A DNA stretch of 64,000 nucleotides, from IMG/VR virus record IMGVR_UViG_3300010883_000002; one strand, 5' to 3'. The notes beneath the pieces were generated by a model. That model saw only the letters and a program-made list of their open reading frames with translations, had not been told where the DNA came from and made no database searches. Shown piece by piece: positions 17,536 through 27,700 of this stretch. Origin of the DNA: an uncultured virus (IMG/VR IMGVR_UViG_3300010883_000002) (taxonomy: Duplodnaviria; Heunggongvirae; Uroviricota; Caudoviricetes). Position 1 is the stretch's first letter. Each line of letters begins with the position of its first letter. The translations under genes were made by a program, and so were the position numbers.

Positions 17536-17786
17536 AAACGCAAGAACAAAATAATTACTTTTGGATGAATGAACGATTTAAACATTTTAAGCTAAGAGTC
17601 GATAATGTGACGCTGAGTGGGCAAGAATTACAAAGTATATCTTTGGTGCTCAGCAGCATTTATTTAATGACCCAGAAGCGTGAACTGCTTGTAGAAATAA
17701 TGCTTCAAGTTGATGACGCTAGCTTTATTAGATTGTGTGAACTTATAGATAAAAAAGAGCTTGACAAAATTATGCCGTCATGCTAA
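17532..17786 (+). CDS. Hypothetical protein
   Basis: GTGA overlap. Confidence 0.55.
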   Translation: MKTQEQNNYFWMNERFKHFKLRVDNVTLSGQELQSISLVLSSIYLMTQKRELLVEIMLQVDDASFIRLCELIDKKELDKIMPSC

Positions 17787-18025
17787 CAAAGGAGAAGAGG
17801 ATGGATTTAGTTAATAACATTGTTCGATATGAGAATGATGAAATGTCTGATGAGGAAACAATTACGTTTTTTCAAGCGTTGGTTGACAACGGCATGGCAT
17901 GGAACTTGCAAGGTCATTATGGAAGAATGGCAACGCATCTAATCGAAGAAGGATTTATCTCGGAGGTTAATAATGAAAAAGGGTTCTCTAGTAAGACAAA
18001 AACTCTTCACACAGAAGAGAAATAA
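17780..18025 (+). CDS. Conserved phage hypothetical protein (AWxLQGxYGRxA type)
   Basis: FFQALVDNGMAWNLQGHYGRMA; start probably ATG 17801. Confidence 0.7.
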   Translation: MLTKEKRMDLVNNIVRYENDEMSDEETITFFQALVDNGMAWNLQGHYGRMATHLIEEGFISEVNNEKGFSSKTKTLHTEEK

Positions 18026-18221
18026 TAACAATGCGGTTTATAGATATGGAATATTTTTATCAAAACAAGATGCCACTGCGCTATGTGAAGTATATTGGCA
18101 CCCTTGCGAACAGTTCTTGGTTGGAGCCTCTTACACTGATTGGGTACATTGTACTAAGTTAGAAGAAGTCTCTGCCGCTGCATCTACATCTGTAGGGGGA
18201 AGTGGGGATGCAAAAGGGTGA
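17973..18221 (+). CDS. MKVGDLV-family small protein
   Basis: MKKGSLV...GIFL...VYW...LEEVS; GGAGG SD. Confidence 0.65.
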   Translation: MKKGSLVRQKLFTQKRNNNNAVYRYGIFLSKQDATALCEVYWHPCEQFLVGASYTDWVHCTKLEEVSAAASTSVGGSGDAKG

Positions 18222-19071
18222 TCTCGTCAGATGTAGAGTCCTAGCCGACCCCGAAGACCTTATGGGACCGTTCTGCGGCGAGATTAAGCAAACGTGGGGC
18301 AAGGTCGGTATAATTCTTGAGTATCATACTTGGGAAAAAGTAGCCACAGTATTAATTCAATCGAGCGGAGAAATTAAACGAATTTCTTCCCGTGATTTAG
18401 AGTTAATTAAACGTTCGCCAAAGAACAAGAAAAGACTTATGGAACAAGCTAATAAAATAAATTATCCGCACCAAATCTATTGCGATATGGATGGAGTCTT
18501 AGTTGACTTTGAAGCTCCCGCTATTGAAACTATTAACGCAGCATTGAATGATAGTGACCATCCTTTGTCAGAATTGACTGAGAAGGTTCGATCAGAGTTG
18601 GGTAAATCATTCATTACTATCGAAGAACTTAAAACAAAGGCGGCTCCTTCGGTTAGGGAACTCATGCAGTTGCTCTTAGAAGACAACGAAGAGTGGTGGG
18701 CTAGCCTCCCGTGGCTCCCAGAGGGGCGCAAGGTGTGGGACCATATCAAAAATCTCCGCCCGGTGCCACTAATTTTAACTTCTCCTATGGATCAAAACGG
18801 CAAACAAGGTTCGATCAAAGGTAAGAAGCTTTGGCTTAAAAGAAATTTGAGACTAGATACTAATAGGAGGGTGATATTTGCTCACGATAAGTTTAACTTC
18901 TCTTTTAAAAGAGGTGAGCCAGCGGTTCTCATTGATGATTATATGAAAAACGTTGCGCTGTTTAGTGATCATGGTGGATATGCCATTCGTCACGACAATG
19001 ACTCTGGAAACACCATTGCCGCACTGGAGGCTATAAAAAATGGGATTACAGGATTGGAAAGAAATACTTAG
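18208..19071 (+). CDS. HAD-family 5'(3')-deoxyribonucleotidase with N-terminal MKVGDLV-like module
   Basis: MQKGDLV...GIILE...LELI, then YCDMDGVLVDF, ILTSP, GKKLW, VLIDD. Confidence 0.85.
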   Translation: MQKGDLVRCRVLADPEDLMGPFCGEIKQTWGKVGIILEYHTWEKVATVLIQSSGEIKRISSRDLELIKRSPKNKKRLMEQANKINYPHQIYCDMDGVLVDFEAPAIETINAALNDSDHPLSELTEKVRSELGKSFITIEELKTKAAPSVRELMQLLLEDNEEWWASLPWLPEGRKVWDHIKNLRPVPLILTSPMDQNGKQGSIKGKKLWLKRNLRLDTNRRVIFAHDKFNFSFKRGEPAVLIDDYMKNVALFSDHGGYAIRHDNDSGNTIAALEAIKNGITGLERNT

Positions 19072-19267
19072 AAACCTTCGTGGAGGTTTATCTGATGAGG
19101 AAATAAACAACCTCATCATTTATGAAGAAGAAAAGGAACGGCAAAGGCACCGAGAAGAACAGCCTGAATTAAGATTGCCGTTACCAGAACCATATTATGA
19201 ACGACATGAAAAACCACAACCACCGCCAGAAGAATCAGAACGAGGCGTTATTATTATTGAACTATAG
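19040..19267 (+). CDS. Hypothetical protein
   Basis: GGAGG SD; LRLPLP...RGVIIIEL. Confidence 0.65.
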   Translation: MGLQDWKEILRNLRGGLSDEEINNLIIYEEEKERQRHREEQPELRLPLPEPYYERHEKPQPPPEESERGVIIIEL

Positions 19268-19287
19268 TCGTATGAAGGTCTGATACT

Positions 19288-19587
19288 ATGCGAGATAAGC
19301 TATTCAAATTTGCGCTCATTTCAATATTGATTATGAATGCGTTGGATGCTGGCTTATCGCTTTGGTTTATACGATTTACAAACATCCTCGTAGAAAACAA
19401 TCCCTTGGCAGAAATAATGTTGGGATACGGAGCCGTTGAGTTTGTAATAATTAAAACATTTATGGTCAGTGGTGGATGTTATTTGTTGTGGAAAAATCGT
19501 GATGAGCCAATTGCATGGTTTGGAGTATATGCTTGTTGGCTCTCCTACCTTTTATTATTGATCTCGTTCGGAATATTTATGTTCTAG
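19288..19587 (+). CDS. Small membrane protein (DUF5658-like)
   Basis: NALD...ENNPL...K pattern; three hydrophobic helices. Confidence 0.7.
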   Translation: MRDKLFKFALISILIMNALDAGLSLWFIRFTNILVENNPLAEIMLGYGAVEFVIIKTFMVSGGCYLLWKNRDEPIAWFGVYACWLSYLLLLISFGIFMF

Positions 19588-19590
19588 CAT

Positions 19591-19617
19591 GACCCGCTTC
19601 AAGGCGGGTTTTATTTT
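19591..19617 (+). terminator. Intrinsic terminator closing the early region
   Basis: gacccgc-ttcaag-gcgggtt plus T tract. Confidence 0.75.
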
Positions 19618-19689
19618 GCTCAAATTTTGGTTATATCATAGATTCACAACTATTTATTGTTGAATTAAGCCGGAACGGAGTTTATTAAT

Positions 19690-19989
19690 ATGAAAGTTAC
19701 GCTATCCTTAATAGAATCATTGACAGAAGATGCCGATAAACATTATAAAATATCCCAAAGGGTCGTTTCTTTCGTTGAAGATGGCTTGGATATTAGTCAG
19801 GCGGTTACTCGATACCTTGCCGAAGATGGGCAAGAATTTGGATATTCTGAAAAAGATGTTGCAGAGGCATTGGAGGCTTATCCAATTTCAAACACTGCCG
19901 GATCTGCAATGGTAAGTGAGCGCCATTTTCATAAAGTAATTAGAGAAGAGCTAAGTGCTGTTCGTGCATTAAAGGGGAATAAAGCATAA
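19690..19989 (+). CDS. Putative head-internal protein
   Basis: CTATTTA at 19650; FHKVIREEL motif. Confidence 0.6.
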   Translation: MKVTLSLIESLTEDADKHYKISQRVVSFVEDGLDISQAVTRYLAEDGQEFGYSEKDVAEALEAYPISNTAGSAMVSERHFHKVIREELSAVRALKGNKA

Positions 19990-20624
19990 TGAAGAATAAG
20001 AATACAAAAAAGCTATGGTCTGACCATAAGCAAATGAAAATTTTGTTTGAGGGGTTCAGAGATTTCACTGAGGGTGGACCACCCTCAGATCAAGAGAGAC
20101 ACTACGAGCGCAACAGTATGAGCGCAGACGAATTTGCAGAAAAGCACCAACTACAAATTGAGACAGACAATGACGGTCAAAAGATTATTTATATGGACGC
20201 TGATCAGGCAGAGCAGGTTGATTTTGGACCCGGCACCGAAGGATGGGATGTACAAGGTTTAGATGGCGGCGAGTTTGTTATCTATACTGGTGAGTATGAG
20301 GGTGGCGAACCCCCAATGGAAGAAGGGCTTCATGACGAAGGCTTGCGAGAGATGATAACAGATTTTCTCGCCCAAGAACTTTCAGGCTGGCACGATTCAG
20401 CGAAGGCATCACTACACAAAGAGATTGCAACCAACGGGTTTGACATTGGTGACATTATTATGCAGAACTTGGGTGGCGATACACAAGGCGACGATACACA
20501 AGGTGAAGAAGACCCGATGGATGATTTTAATTATGCTGGTTCTAAACACCACTATCAAGAATCCAAATCAGTTAAACGAGAGGCTTTTCTTAGTGCTCTT
20601 GTCAAGGAAATTACTAAAAAATGA
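19989..20624 (+). CDS. Putative head-internal acidic protein
   Basis: MKILFEGFRDFTE; acidic; many x-x-E junctions. Confidence 0.6.
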   Translation: MKNKNTKKLWSDHKQMKILFEGFRDFTEGGPPSDQERHYERNSMSADEFAEKHQLQIETDNDGQKIIYMDADQAEQVDFGPGTEGWDVQGLDGGEFVIYTGEYEGGEPPMEEGLHDEGLREMITDFLAQELSGWHDSAKASLHKEIATNGFDIGDIIMQNLGGDTQGDDTQGEEDPMDDFNYAGSKHHYQESKSVKREAFLSALVKEITKK

Positions 20625-21157
20625 AAGTTTCAAGAGAATTTTTATTCGACATGATTAAAGAAGAGCATGAGCAGTATCAAAAAGACGACGAGCTTAAGGA
20701 TATTGGCATGGATGTTGCAAATCTGCTAGAATTTGCAGAAGAACTTTACAATAAACTAGAGGGTATGGGTAGGCGATATGGTGAAATGGCTCATGTTGGC
20801 ACTTATGCCAGAATGGTATTGAACTCTTCTGGAACTCTATCCACAAAATATAATAAGGCTTTAGATAATATGTCAAGCTCTGGTTATTATAAAGAGGGTT
20901 TAGACGACCGTATAGCTAAATTTAATCAGGACCAAGGTTATGGTGCTAAAGGACCGGGGGGTTTTGACCCGTCACAGGAGTCTCCACTTGGAAGCCCTGC
21001 TCCCGACCCAGAACAGGTTTATGAAAAAGCCCAAGACCAAATCGAACGTATTTTAAATGACCTCTGGGACAAAACAGAGAGTAACGAAATTCTCAAGAAA
21101 CTTCTATCAAGGATGATCGAGGATCTTGATTCAGGATTCATAGGAGAACCAACATGA
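20621..21157 (+). CDS. Putative head-internal acidic protein
   Basis: MKVSREFLFDMIKEE N-terminus. Confidence 0.6.
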   Translation: MKVSREFLFDMIKEEHEQYQKDDELKDIGMDVANLLEFAEELYNKLEGMGRRYGEMAHVGTYARMVLNSSGTLSTKYNKALDNMSSSGYYKEGLDDRIAKFNQDQGYGAKGPGGFDPSQESPLGSPAPDPEQVYEKAQDQIERILNDLWDKTESNEILKKLLSRMIEDLDSGFIGEPT

Positions 21158-21669
21158 AAATTTCTAAATCACAATTAATGAAAACAATTCAAGAGGAATA
21201 TCTTGTAGTTGTTGGAGAGAGAGAAGTTACCGAAGGCGATATGGATAAGTTTGATCCAGAGCCGGGTGACGAAGACTATCAAGCCCCGGCACCACCGGAG
21301 TTAGTAAACAGTTGGGCACAAGAAGTTCATAAGTTTATTAAAAGTCAGTGGTCGGCAGACTCCGACTTTTCTTCTGTTAGAGAAGAACGACCCGCTATTG
21401 TGGCTGCACTGCAACAGGTTGCTGCTGAGCTAGGCAGTGAGGAAGCGCCAGAGCCTTATCTAGAAGGCGATATGGATAAGTTTGATCCAGAACCGGGTGA
21501 CGAAGACTATCAAGCTAAGGATGCCGATCCTGTAGCATTGGATATTAAAGACGCTATTCAAATGCTTGAGCATGAAGACGACCCGTCAGGAGGACTCTTT
21601 CATGTAATCAACCGACTACAGGAGGCTCTGGAAAAGTTAGAATCACAGGGCAGCAGGGGAAATTATTAA
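21154..21669 (+). CDS. Putative head-internal acidic protein with internal duplication
   Basis: MKISKSQLMKTIQEE; EGDMDKFDPEPGDEDYQA occurs twice. Confidence 0.65.
   Translation: MKISKSQLMKTIQEEYLVVVGEREVTEGDMDKFDPEPGDEDYQAPAPPELVNSWAQEVHKFIKSQWSADSDFSSVREERPAIVAALQQVAAELGSEEAPEPYLEGDMDKFDPEPGDEDYQAKDADPVALDIKDAIQMLEHEDDPSGGLFHVINRLQEALEKLESQGSRGNY
21232..21515 (+). repeat. 53-nt direct repeat (21232-21284, 21463-21515)
   Basis: Copies differ by one synonymous base (gag/gaa). Confidence 0.9.
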
Positions 21670-21670
21670 A

Positions 21671-24040
21671 ATGGGATTATTAAAGCCAGCAGAATTAAAA
21701 AAGTTAGAAGAACTGTTGACTGATTTCTTACCCTTCGCTCAAGAAAGAATGGGATATAAAGAAAAGCCAACCATTCGGTTTGCCAAAGATCCAGACAACG
21801 CACAAGACCCTCTTGGGAAGACGGCGTATTATGAAGCGGCTTCTTCACAGATTACTGTATACATCGACGGACGGCACCCCAAGGACATTGTGCGCTCCGT
21901 AGCACATGAGCTTGTACACCATACTCAGAACGGACGAGGCGACCTTGATGGACACGCTACGGCGGGTGAGCAAGGATATGCCCAGAAGGATTCGCACTTA
22001 AGGGAAATGGAGCGTGAAGCTTACGAACAAGGAAATTTATGTTTTAGAGATTGGGAAGATTCTGTTAAGGCTAGTAATTACAACTACAACGAGGGACTTG
22101 ATATGTGGGACAAGAGAAATATTAAATTAAACAAACGACTAATGGAAAGCTTTGGCTATGCTCCATTAAAAGAGGATCAAGGCAACGTTCCAGAATTTGT
22201 AGAACAACTTGTACAAATGGCGGCTGGTGATAATCACGAAGCATTCGCAACGAAAGAGGTCGAAGTTGAGTTTGAAAAATATACAAATGCACTACAACAT
22301 GCTTTAGATGAACTTGTTCCACAACTCTCTGATGAAATGATGAACGACGAGGCAGACTACGCAGTTTTAATGGGCTTGATGGGGCATGGTGTTGGAATTT
22401 GGGATGGTCGATGGGACCATTATGAACAGCAAGGCGTTGATTTAAAAGATTTAGAAGCTAAACTCGGTCAGTACCTTCAACATTATGCAGATGATACAGG
22501 CAGCGGCACATTAAATGATGCGATACAAAATGCTGCTTATGAAACTGGCAGCGATGAGCACCGACGAAGTTTTGACGAAGCTTATCAGGGCGCAAAAACA
22601 AAAGGTACAAAGCAAGCATGGGGCAAGCCGAGGAAATCAGAAAAGAAAGTGGAGCGAGAAAGGGATCGCAAGGCTGGTAAGAAGCAAACCCAAGACGAAA
22701 GCAGACTTAAAGAAGCAATCCGAAAGGTACTGATGAAAAACCCTCACCTTATTAAAATTCTGAAAGAATCTGGCATGGACAAAAAAGCTTTTGTGGCTCA
22801 AGCTTGGGAAAAAGCAGGGGCTACCAGCAGAACCGTATCAGACGAGGAAGCTGGCTCTGTTGAATCATTTAATAGTTGGCTTGAAGCCGAACCCTCTCGG
22901 CAACAAAATTGGGAACCTGCACAATCATATAGAGGTGGCAGGGTTCTTGCATATAATCGCAAGGATCAAAAGTATTATGATGTACAAGCAGATATGTATG
23001 TTGATGATGCGGAACTGGATGCAATTCTTCCAGAGGGGGCACATGCAGTTGGCACAGCGTTTGAACCCGGCGATCCCGTTAAGGTTGTTGCAAGCGCCTT
23101 AACGATTGACGGTGAGAAGACAGGTGTGGTTCAAAGCATGGAAGCGGGAGCCGTATATATTAAGCTTGATGATGACCAAGATGGCAAATATGTTCCTGCT
23201 GACAAAATTGTTAAAGTAAAATCAGATTATGTAGAGCCATTAGATGGTGTAGAAGGAGTAACTACAATGAAAGAAAAAGATGTTAGAAAGGAAAGCACCT
23301 ATGATGTAGGTTCTGGTTTAGAAGATGGACCTCAACAAAGCAAAGATCCTGTAGAAAATATTGCCAAGGTTGTGCAGAGTGTGGTTGATGCAGGTAGAGG
23401 ATTGTTTGATATGGCAGATGCACTTAATTCTGCTGGATTTAAAGCAAGTGCTATGACCTCGCCAATCTCAATGGTACAAGTTGAAACTGCCGAAGGAATG
23501 GTTGCAATTCTTAGCAGCAAGAACGCCGAAGACCCAGATACAACTGTCGGTCCTTATGCAATTGGAAGAATGAACGAAGCCAAAAAGCCAAATTCTAACA
23601 TCGTCAATACTATTATCGACACATTTCAGAAAAAACTTAATGAGTACGGATGGGATGATGATGACGACGACCCATATATCTCCGATTTAGAGAATGATTT
23701 TCCTTGGATGAAGGATAAGGCTAAAAAGAAAGGTAAGAAGAAAAAAGGTGGCACCAGTGGTGCAGAAGAGCAAGCCGCTCTTGATGCTGATGGTGAATTT
23801 GATGCTCCACCCGAAGAGGAAGAAGAAGACCTTTATGAAAAAGATGATTCCAAGGTCGAAGGCAAGTTGCCACCCGCATTACAAGCAGCTATAGATAAGA
23901 AGAAGGGTGACGATGGCGACGACAGCGACGATGACGAGGGTGAAGAAAAAGAAGACATTGAGGAAGGTGAAGAAGGCAATCTATACAGTAAAAGAGATGT
24001 AGCACTTCATGAGCGTTTGTCGAAGTGGGCAGTTAAATAA
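21671..24040 (+). CDS. Mosaic protein: N-terminal HExxH metallopeptidase-like domain plus multiple small modules
   Basis: GRHPKDIVRSVAHELVHHTQ...EMEREAY; KOW-like FEPGDPVKV; acidic tail. Confidence 0.75.
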   Translation: MGLLKPAELKKLEELLTDFLPFAQERMGYKEKPTIRFAKDPDNAQDPLGKTAYYEAASSQITVYIDGRHPKDIVRSVAHELVHHTQNGRGDLDGHATAGEQGYAQKDSHLREMEREAYEQGNLCFRDWEDSVKASNYNYNEGLDMWDKRNIKLNKRLMESFGYAPLKEDQGNVPEFVEQLVQMAAGDNHEAFATKEVEVEFEKYTNALQHALDELVPQLSDEMMNDEADYAVLMGLMGHGVGIWDGRWDHYEQQGVDLKDLEAKLGQYLQHYADDTGSGTLNDAIQNAAYETGSDEHRRSFDEAYQGAKTKGTKQAWGKPRKSEKKVERERDRKAGKKQTQDESRLKEAIRKVLMKNPHLIKILKESGMDKKAFVAQAWEKAGATSRTVSDEEAGSVESFNSWLEAEPSRQQNWEPAQSYRGGRVLAYNRKDQKYYDVQADMYVDDAELDAILPEGAHAVGTAFEPGDPVKVVASALTIDGEKTGVVQSMEAGAVYIKLDDDQDGKYVPADKIVKVKSDYVEPLDGVEGVTTMKEKDVRKESTYDVGSGLEDGPQQSKDPVENIAKVVQSVVDAGRGLFDMADALNSAGFKASAMTSPISMVQVETAEGMVAILSSKNAEDPDTTVGPYAIGRMNEAKKPNSNIVNTIIDTFQKKLNEYGWDDDDDDPYISDLENDFPWMKDKAKKKGKKKKGGTSGAEEQAALDADGEFDAPPEEEEEDLYEKDDSKVEGKLPPALQAAIDKKKGDDGDDSDDDEGEEKEDIEEGEEGNLYSKRDVALHERLSKWAVK

Positions 24041-24065
24041 GTCCAGTCTGTACGATTAACAAAAT

Positions 24066-24092
24066 AAAAAAGCTCCGAGAGGGGCTTTTTTT
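24066..24092 (+). terminator. Intrinsic terminator
   Basis: aaaaaagctcc-gaga-ggggctttttt. Confidence 0.8.
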
Positions 24093-24121
24093 ATATCTGT
24101 TCTCCTTGACTAATTACTATC

Positions 24122-24748
24122 ATGGAAAGCGTATATTTTCTCATCTCAATCTTGTCGTTTATGGGATACCTATCCTTTTTAGCGTTGTTAGCATTCAATA
24201 GCAGAAAGAACCTAGCAAATAACTATTTATTAACTGAAAGCAGAGCTTCGTGTGAAGAGTGCAAATGTTATAAAGAAAACTCTCAGCCAAAAGCGGAACA
24301 AGGTGTGGAAAGACCAAATATGCGACAAAAAACAGAATGTCCAGAACTAGACCCATTCAATATTAAATATCCCTCTGGAGCTTTATCTATTGACGGCAAA
24401 TTAAAAAATAGAAGACTACATGGTGTCCGACGTTCTTTTTATTCCGACGAATCTCCACGTTCTATAGATGTTTTTAATAGTGGGACAAGAGATGGAACAT
24501 GTGAAAGTTATTTTCCAAATGGAGACTTGAAATGCGATGGCGTATACAAAGCCAGCTTAGATTGTTCTGTTCGTGTAGGCGAGTGGCGCAAGTATTGGGA
24601 AGATTCTGGTGAAACTATAAGAGAAATAGAAAGATTTAATTCAAGTGGAAAGAAACATGGAGACTTTGAATTTTATAATCGACACGGAAATCTTGTCAAG
24701 AGAGTTACTTATAGTAACGACGAAGAAACAAGTCGTGAGGAATATTAA
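24122..24748 (+). CDS. Membrane-anchored MORN-variant (YwqK-like) repeat protein
   Basis: N-terminal TM helix; repeated G.....YY.NG.L units (HGVRRSFY, DGTCESYFPNG, VGEWRKYW, HGDFEFYNRHG). Confidence 0.75.
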   Translation: MESVYFLISILSFMGYLSFLALLAFNSRKNLANNYLLTESRASCEECKCYKENSQPKAEQGVERPNMRQKTECPELDPFNIKYPSGALSIDGKLKNRRLHGVRRSFYSDESPRSIDVFNSGTRDGTCESYFPNGDLKCDGVYKASLDCSVRVGEWRKYWEDSGETIREIERFNSSGKKHGDFEFYNRHGNLVKRVTYSNDEETSREEY

Positions 24749-27700
24749 TGGCTAATAATGTCGTCACAGTTGGACCAGACTTATACCCCAATCAGGGCAT
24801 CGGTGTACCTGATAGTGGAAATTATGCTCCGCAAGACCTTGCCCCCGGTTGGCGACTCGGTAGCGAAGAGTGGAATGTTGTATATTTTGACCTCGCTGTT
24901 AGTGTCGCTCTTGGTGGAAGCCAACCTGACGACTGGAAAATATTATTAGAACAAATTTTAGTCTCTGAGGAAGATTGCGACGTTGAAGACGTTGAGTGGG
25001 TTCCCGGTGATCGCCGTTTAATTGATCACCCAGAGTTAAATAATCTCCCAGTTGCGATTAGAGTTTTAATTTGCGATACTATGACCAAGGCTGATGTTGC
25101 GGTCCCGCCACCGACTCAAGATGCAGCGGGGCACTGGTATTATCCTGCTGGTACAGTTGGTGCTGGCGACTGGTATATTAGTGATGAATTAAAAGACATA
25201 CTTGAAGTTGTTTATGATTGGTCTTTTTCTCCAACAGATTGTTCTTATACGGGCGATACACGCTATCACGACCTCGCATTGTCGTTTGCCCCATCTCCAG
25301 CAGGCGGTTTTATTGATGGCGAGGGCGGTCAAGTTCTCTATGTGAGGGGATTTGGCTTAGGAGAATATGATTTACCAAGTATAGCAGATTTTAATGCCGC
25401 TCAAATTGGTGATTGTGCTGACCCGAATGGAATACAAGTTGTATTAACGTGGACTGTTCCTGATGATGGTCCGTTTGGTCCACCTATTGAGTATGAAATA
25501 TTTCGTAACGGGGTTTCCGTTGCCATAATACCTTCTCCTGCGACAACATGGACCGACCCTGACCCCGACGATGGCGTACAGAATTTTTATACAATCACAT
25601 GGATAGACGGAAACGGCATAACAAGCGTTCCCGCAACAACCCCAGCGGGATATATTGATGATTGTGATCCAAACAACGCACCAGAAATTACTGAAATAGA
25701 AACTGGTGAATGTTTTACGGACGGTAGAGATTATTTTCAAGGCGGTTCAATTGGACATGGGCTTGTAGCCATTGCGTTTTCATGGACTCCAGATCCCAAC
25801 CTTCCACTAATTGATGGATTCCACCTTAAAAGGTCTGATGATAATGGTCTAACGTGGGTTATTAAAGATACTCTTCTTTATAATCCTAACAATAGTCCGT
25901 TTTTCTATGATAATGCTCTGGATAACGAAGCTCCAGATTGGTATCTTACATGCGATAGCCCTAAACAACCTCAATATCAAGTTGTTCCTTATCGCATATT
26001 GTTTAATGGCAATGAGCTTGAGGGTGTTCCATCTTCAATAGAAATCATCGAGATTCCATGTTGCTCTTGCGACGATTATGATGGAAGCGACGATATAGAT
26101 TGTCCCATTGACGAGTGTTGGTATGACCCAGATAAAGACGTTACGTTATGGTTCTCAGATTATAATCCAGACATAGCAGAGAGCCTTGCCGAAGGTGAAC
26201 CTTATGTTTCTTTCGATATAAATTATTGCCTTCCAGATAATTGTGCTCTTGGGCTGTCAACAGCAACTATAAAGTTGGATCTTCCAGACGGTAGAAGAAT
26301 TATTAGCGTAGATGTTCCCGAAGGACCATCCATTCCCAATGCAAGCGTTGAAATATTTGATTCGCAAACATATGACCCTTTGAACCCGATACCATTGACG
26401 GCAGGAGATATAATTAAGATTACTGCGACCACAGATCCAGTAACCAACCTTACATCTTATCCCCCAGTGTCTAGTATCCTCTGTACCGTCTGGATTGATG
26501 AGCTTATCGGAACGAACAGGATTTGTTTCGACACCAAATTTGATGAACTGGAATTAACATGGGTAGATGCCAACAGCAACACCCAAACATATACTCCTGA
26601 AACGGTTAAATTAGGACCGTGCCTGTCTCAATGTACTGGCGAAGTCAACATGGGATACGGTGACTTTTATTTTGAACCCGTCGCTGTTGATAACGATACT
26701 TTTGATATTAAATATTGTTTGACGAGAGATGAGATTGACACGTTTATTATTCCTGTCCTTGTCGGTGATTTCACCAGCAACATTGCTCAAATAGAAAATT
26801 ATGGTGATTGGTATGACCACGGATGGGAAGTAAAAGTAATAAATCCTGTTCCCGGTCTTTCTATTATTGTTGGACACGGAAAAGACCCCACAATTAAAGC
26901 CGATCAGGGATTTAGTACCCTATTGAGAGCAACACTAAACAACCAGCTTGTTGGCGATGATTGTATTTGTATCCTTCCCTTCTTTTTAAAGCTTGGAGAT
27001 TTGTTTAAAAATACATTTGGAAGTCTTGACAAATTAGCAAATTTGTCGGACAAGTCTTTTATTAATATGTCTCGGCAAATGTCTGGAGGTGATCAAACAG
27101 GAACTCCCGGCACAGTGGATGATGGTCCTAACGTATTAAGTTTCAATAATACTGCGACCACCAATCTTGTTTCGGTATATGAAAACTTAATTGATCAAGA
27201 AAAAATTGACCCACGATTTAGAGAACTTTATAATTGTATTTTTGAGGCACTAAAAGAAGCATACAAAGAGCAGCGTATCCGTGGTCCTCAATATTTACAA
27301 CGAGTTATTATTGTTGCATTTCTGTTTTTGCTTATTTGGAAAGCATGGCTTATTTTTGCAGACCTGTTTGAGCACGTTAAAGATGCCTTGGATGTGGCAC
27401 AAGAAGATATAGACAAGGCTTGCACTAACGAAATTACTTTACCAGTTGCAATTGATACTACTGGTGACGGGGTGCCCGATGACGTACCCGACATATGTTG
27501 TTGGGATGACAACGGCGAAACAATTTTTGCAGTACCAATTTATTATGAATCTTCTTGTTCGATTGCTGGCGCTCAGTTTGAATTGAAAATTCCGTCAAGT
27601 TGGGCACAGCCAGTTGAACTTCTTACGGAGCTTCCAAGTGGTGTTACAGGCGGGACAGTGTTGTGTCCCGATAACGACCCTTGGTTCCTAGAGGGTGACG

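Noticed and set aside
21232..21515. DGR template/variable repeat pair
   Set aside because: Single synonymous difference, both copies in frame in one ORF, no RT.
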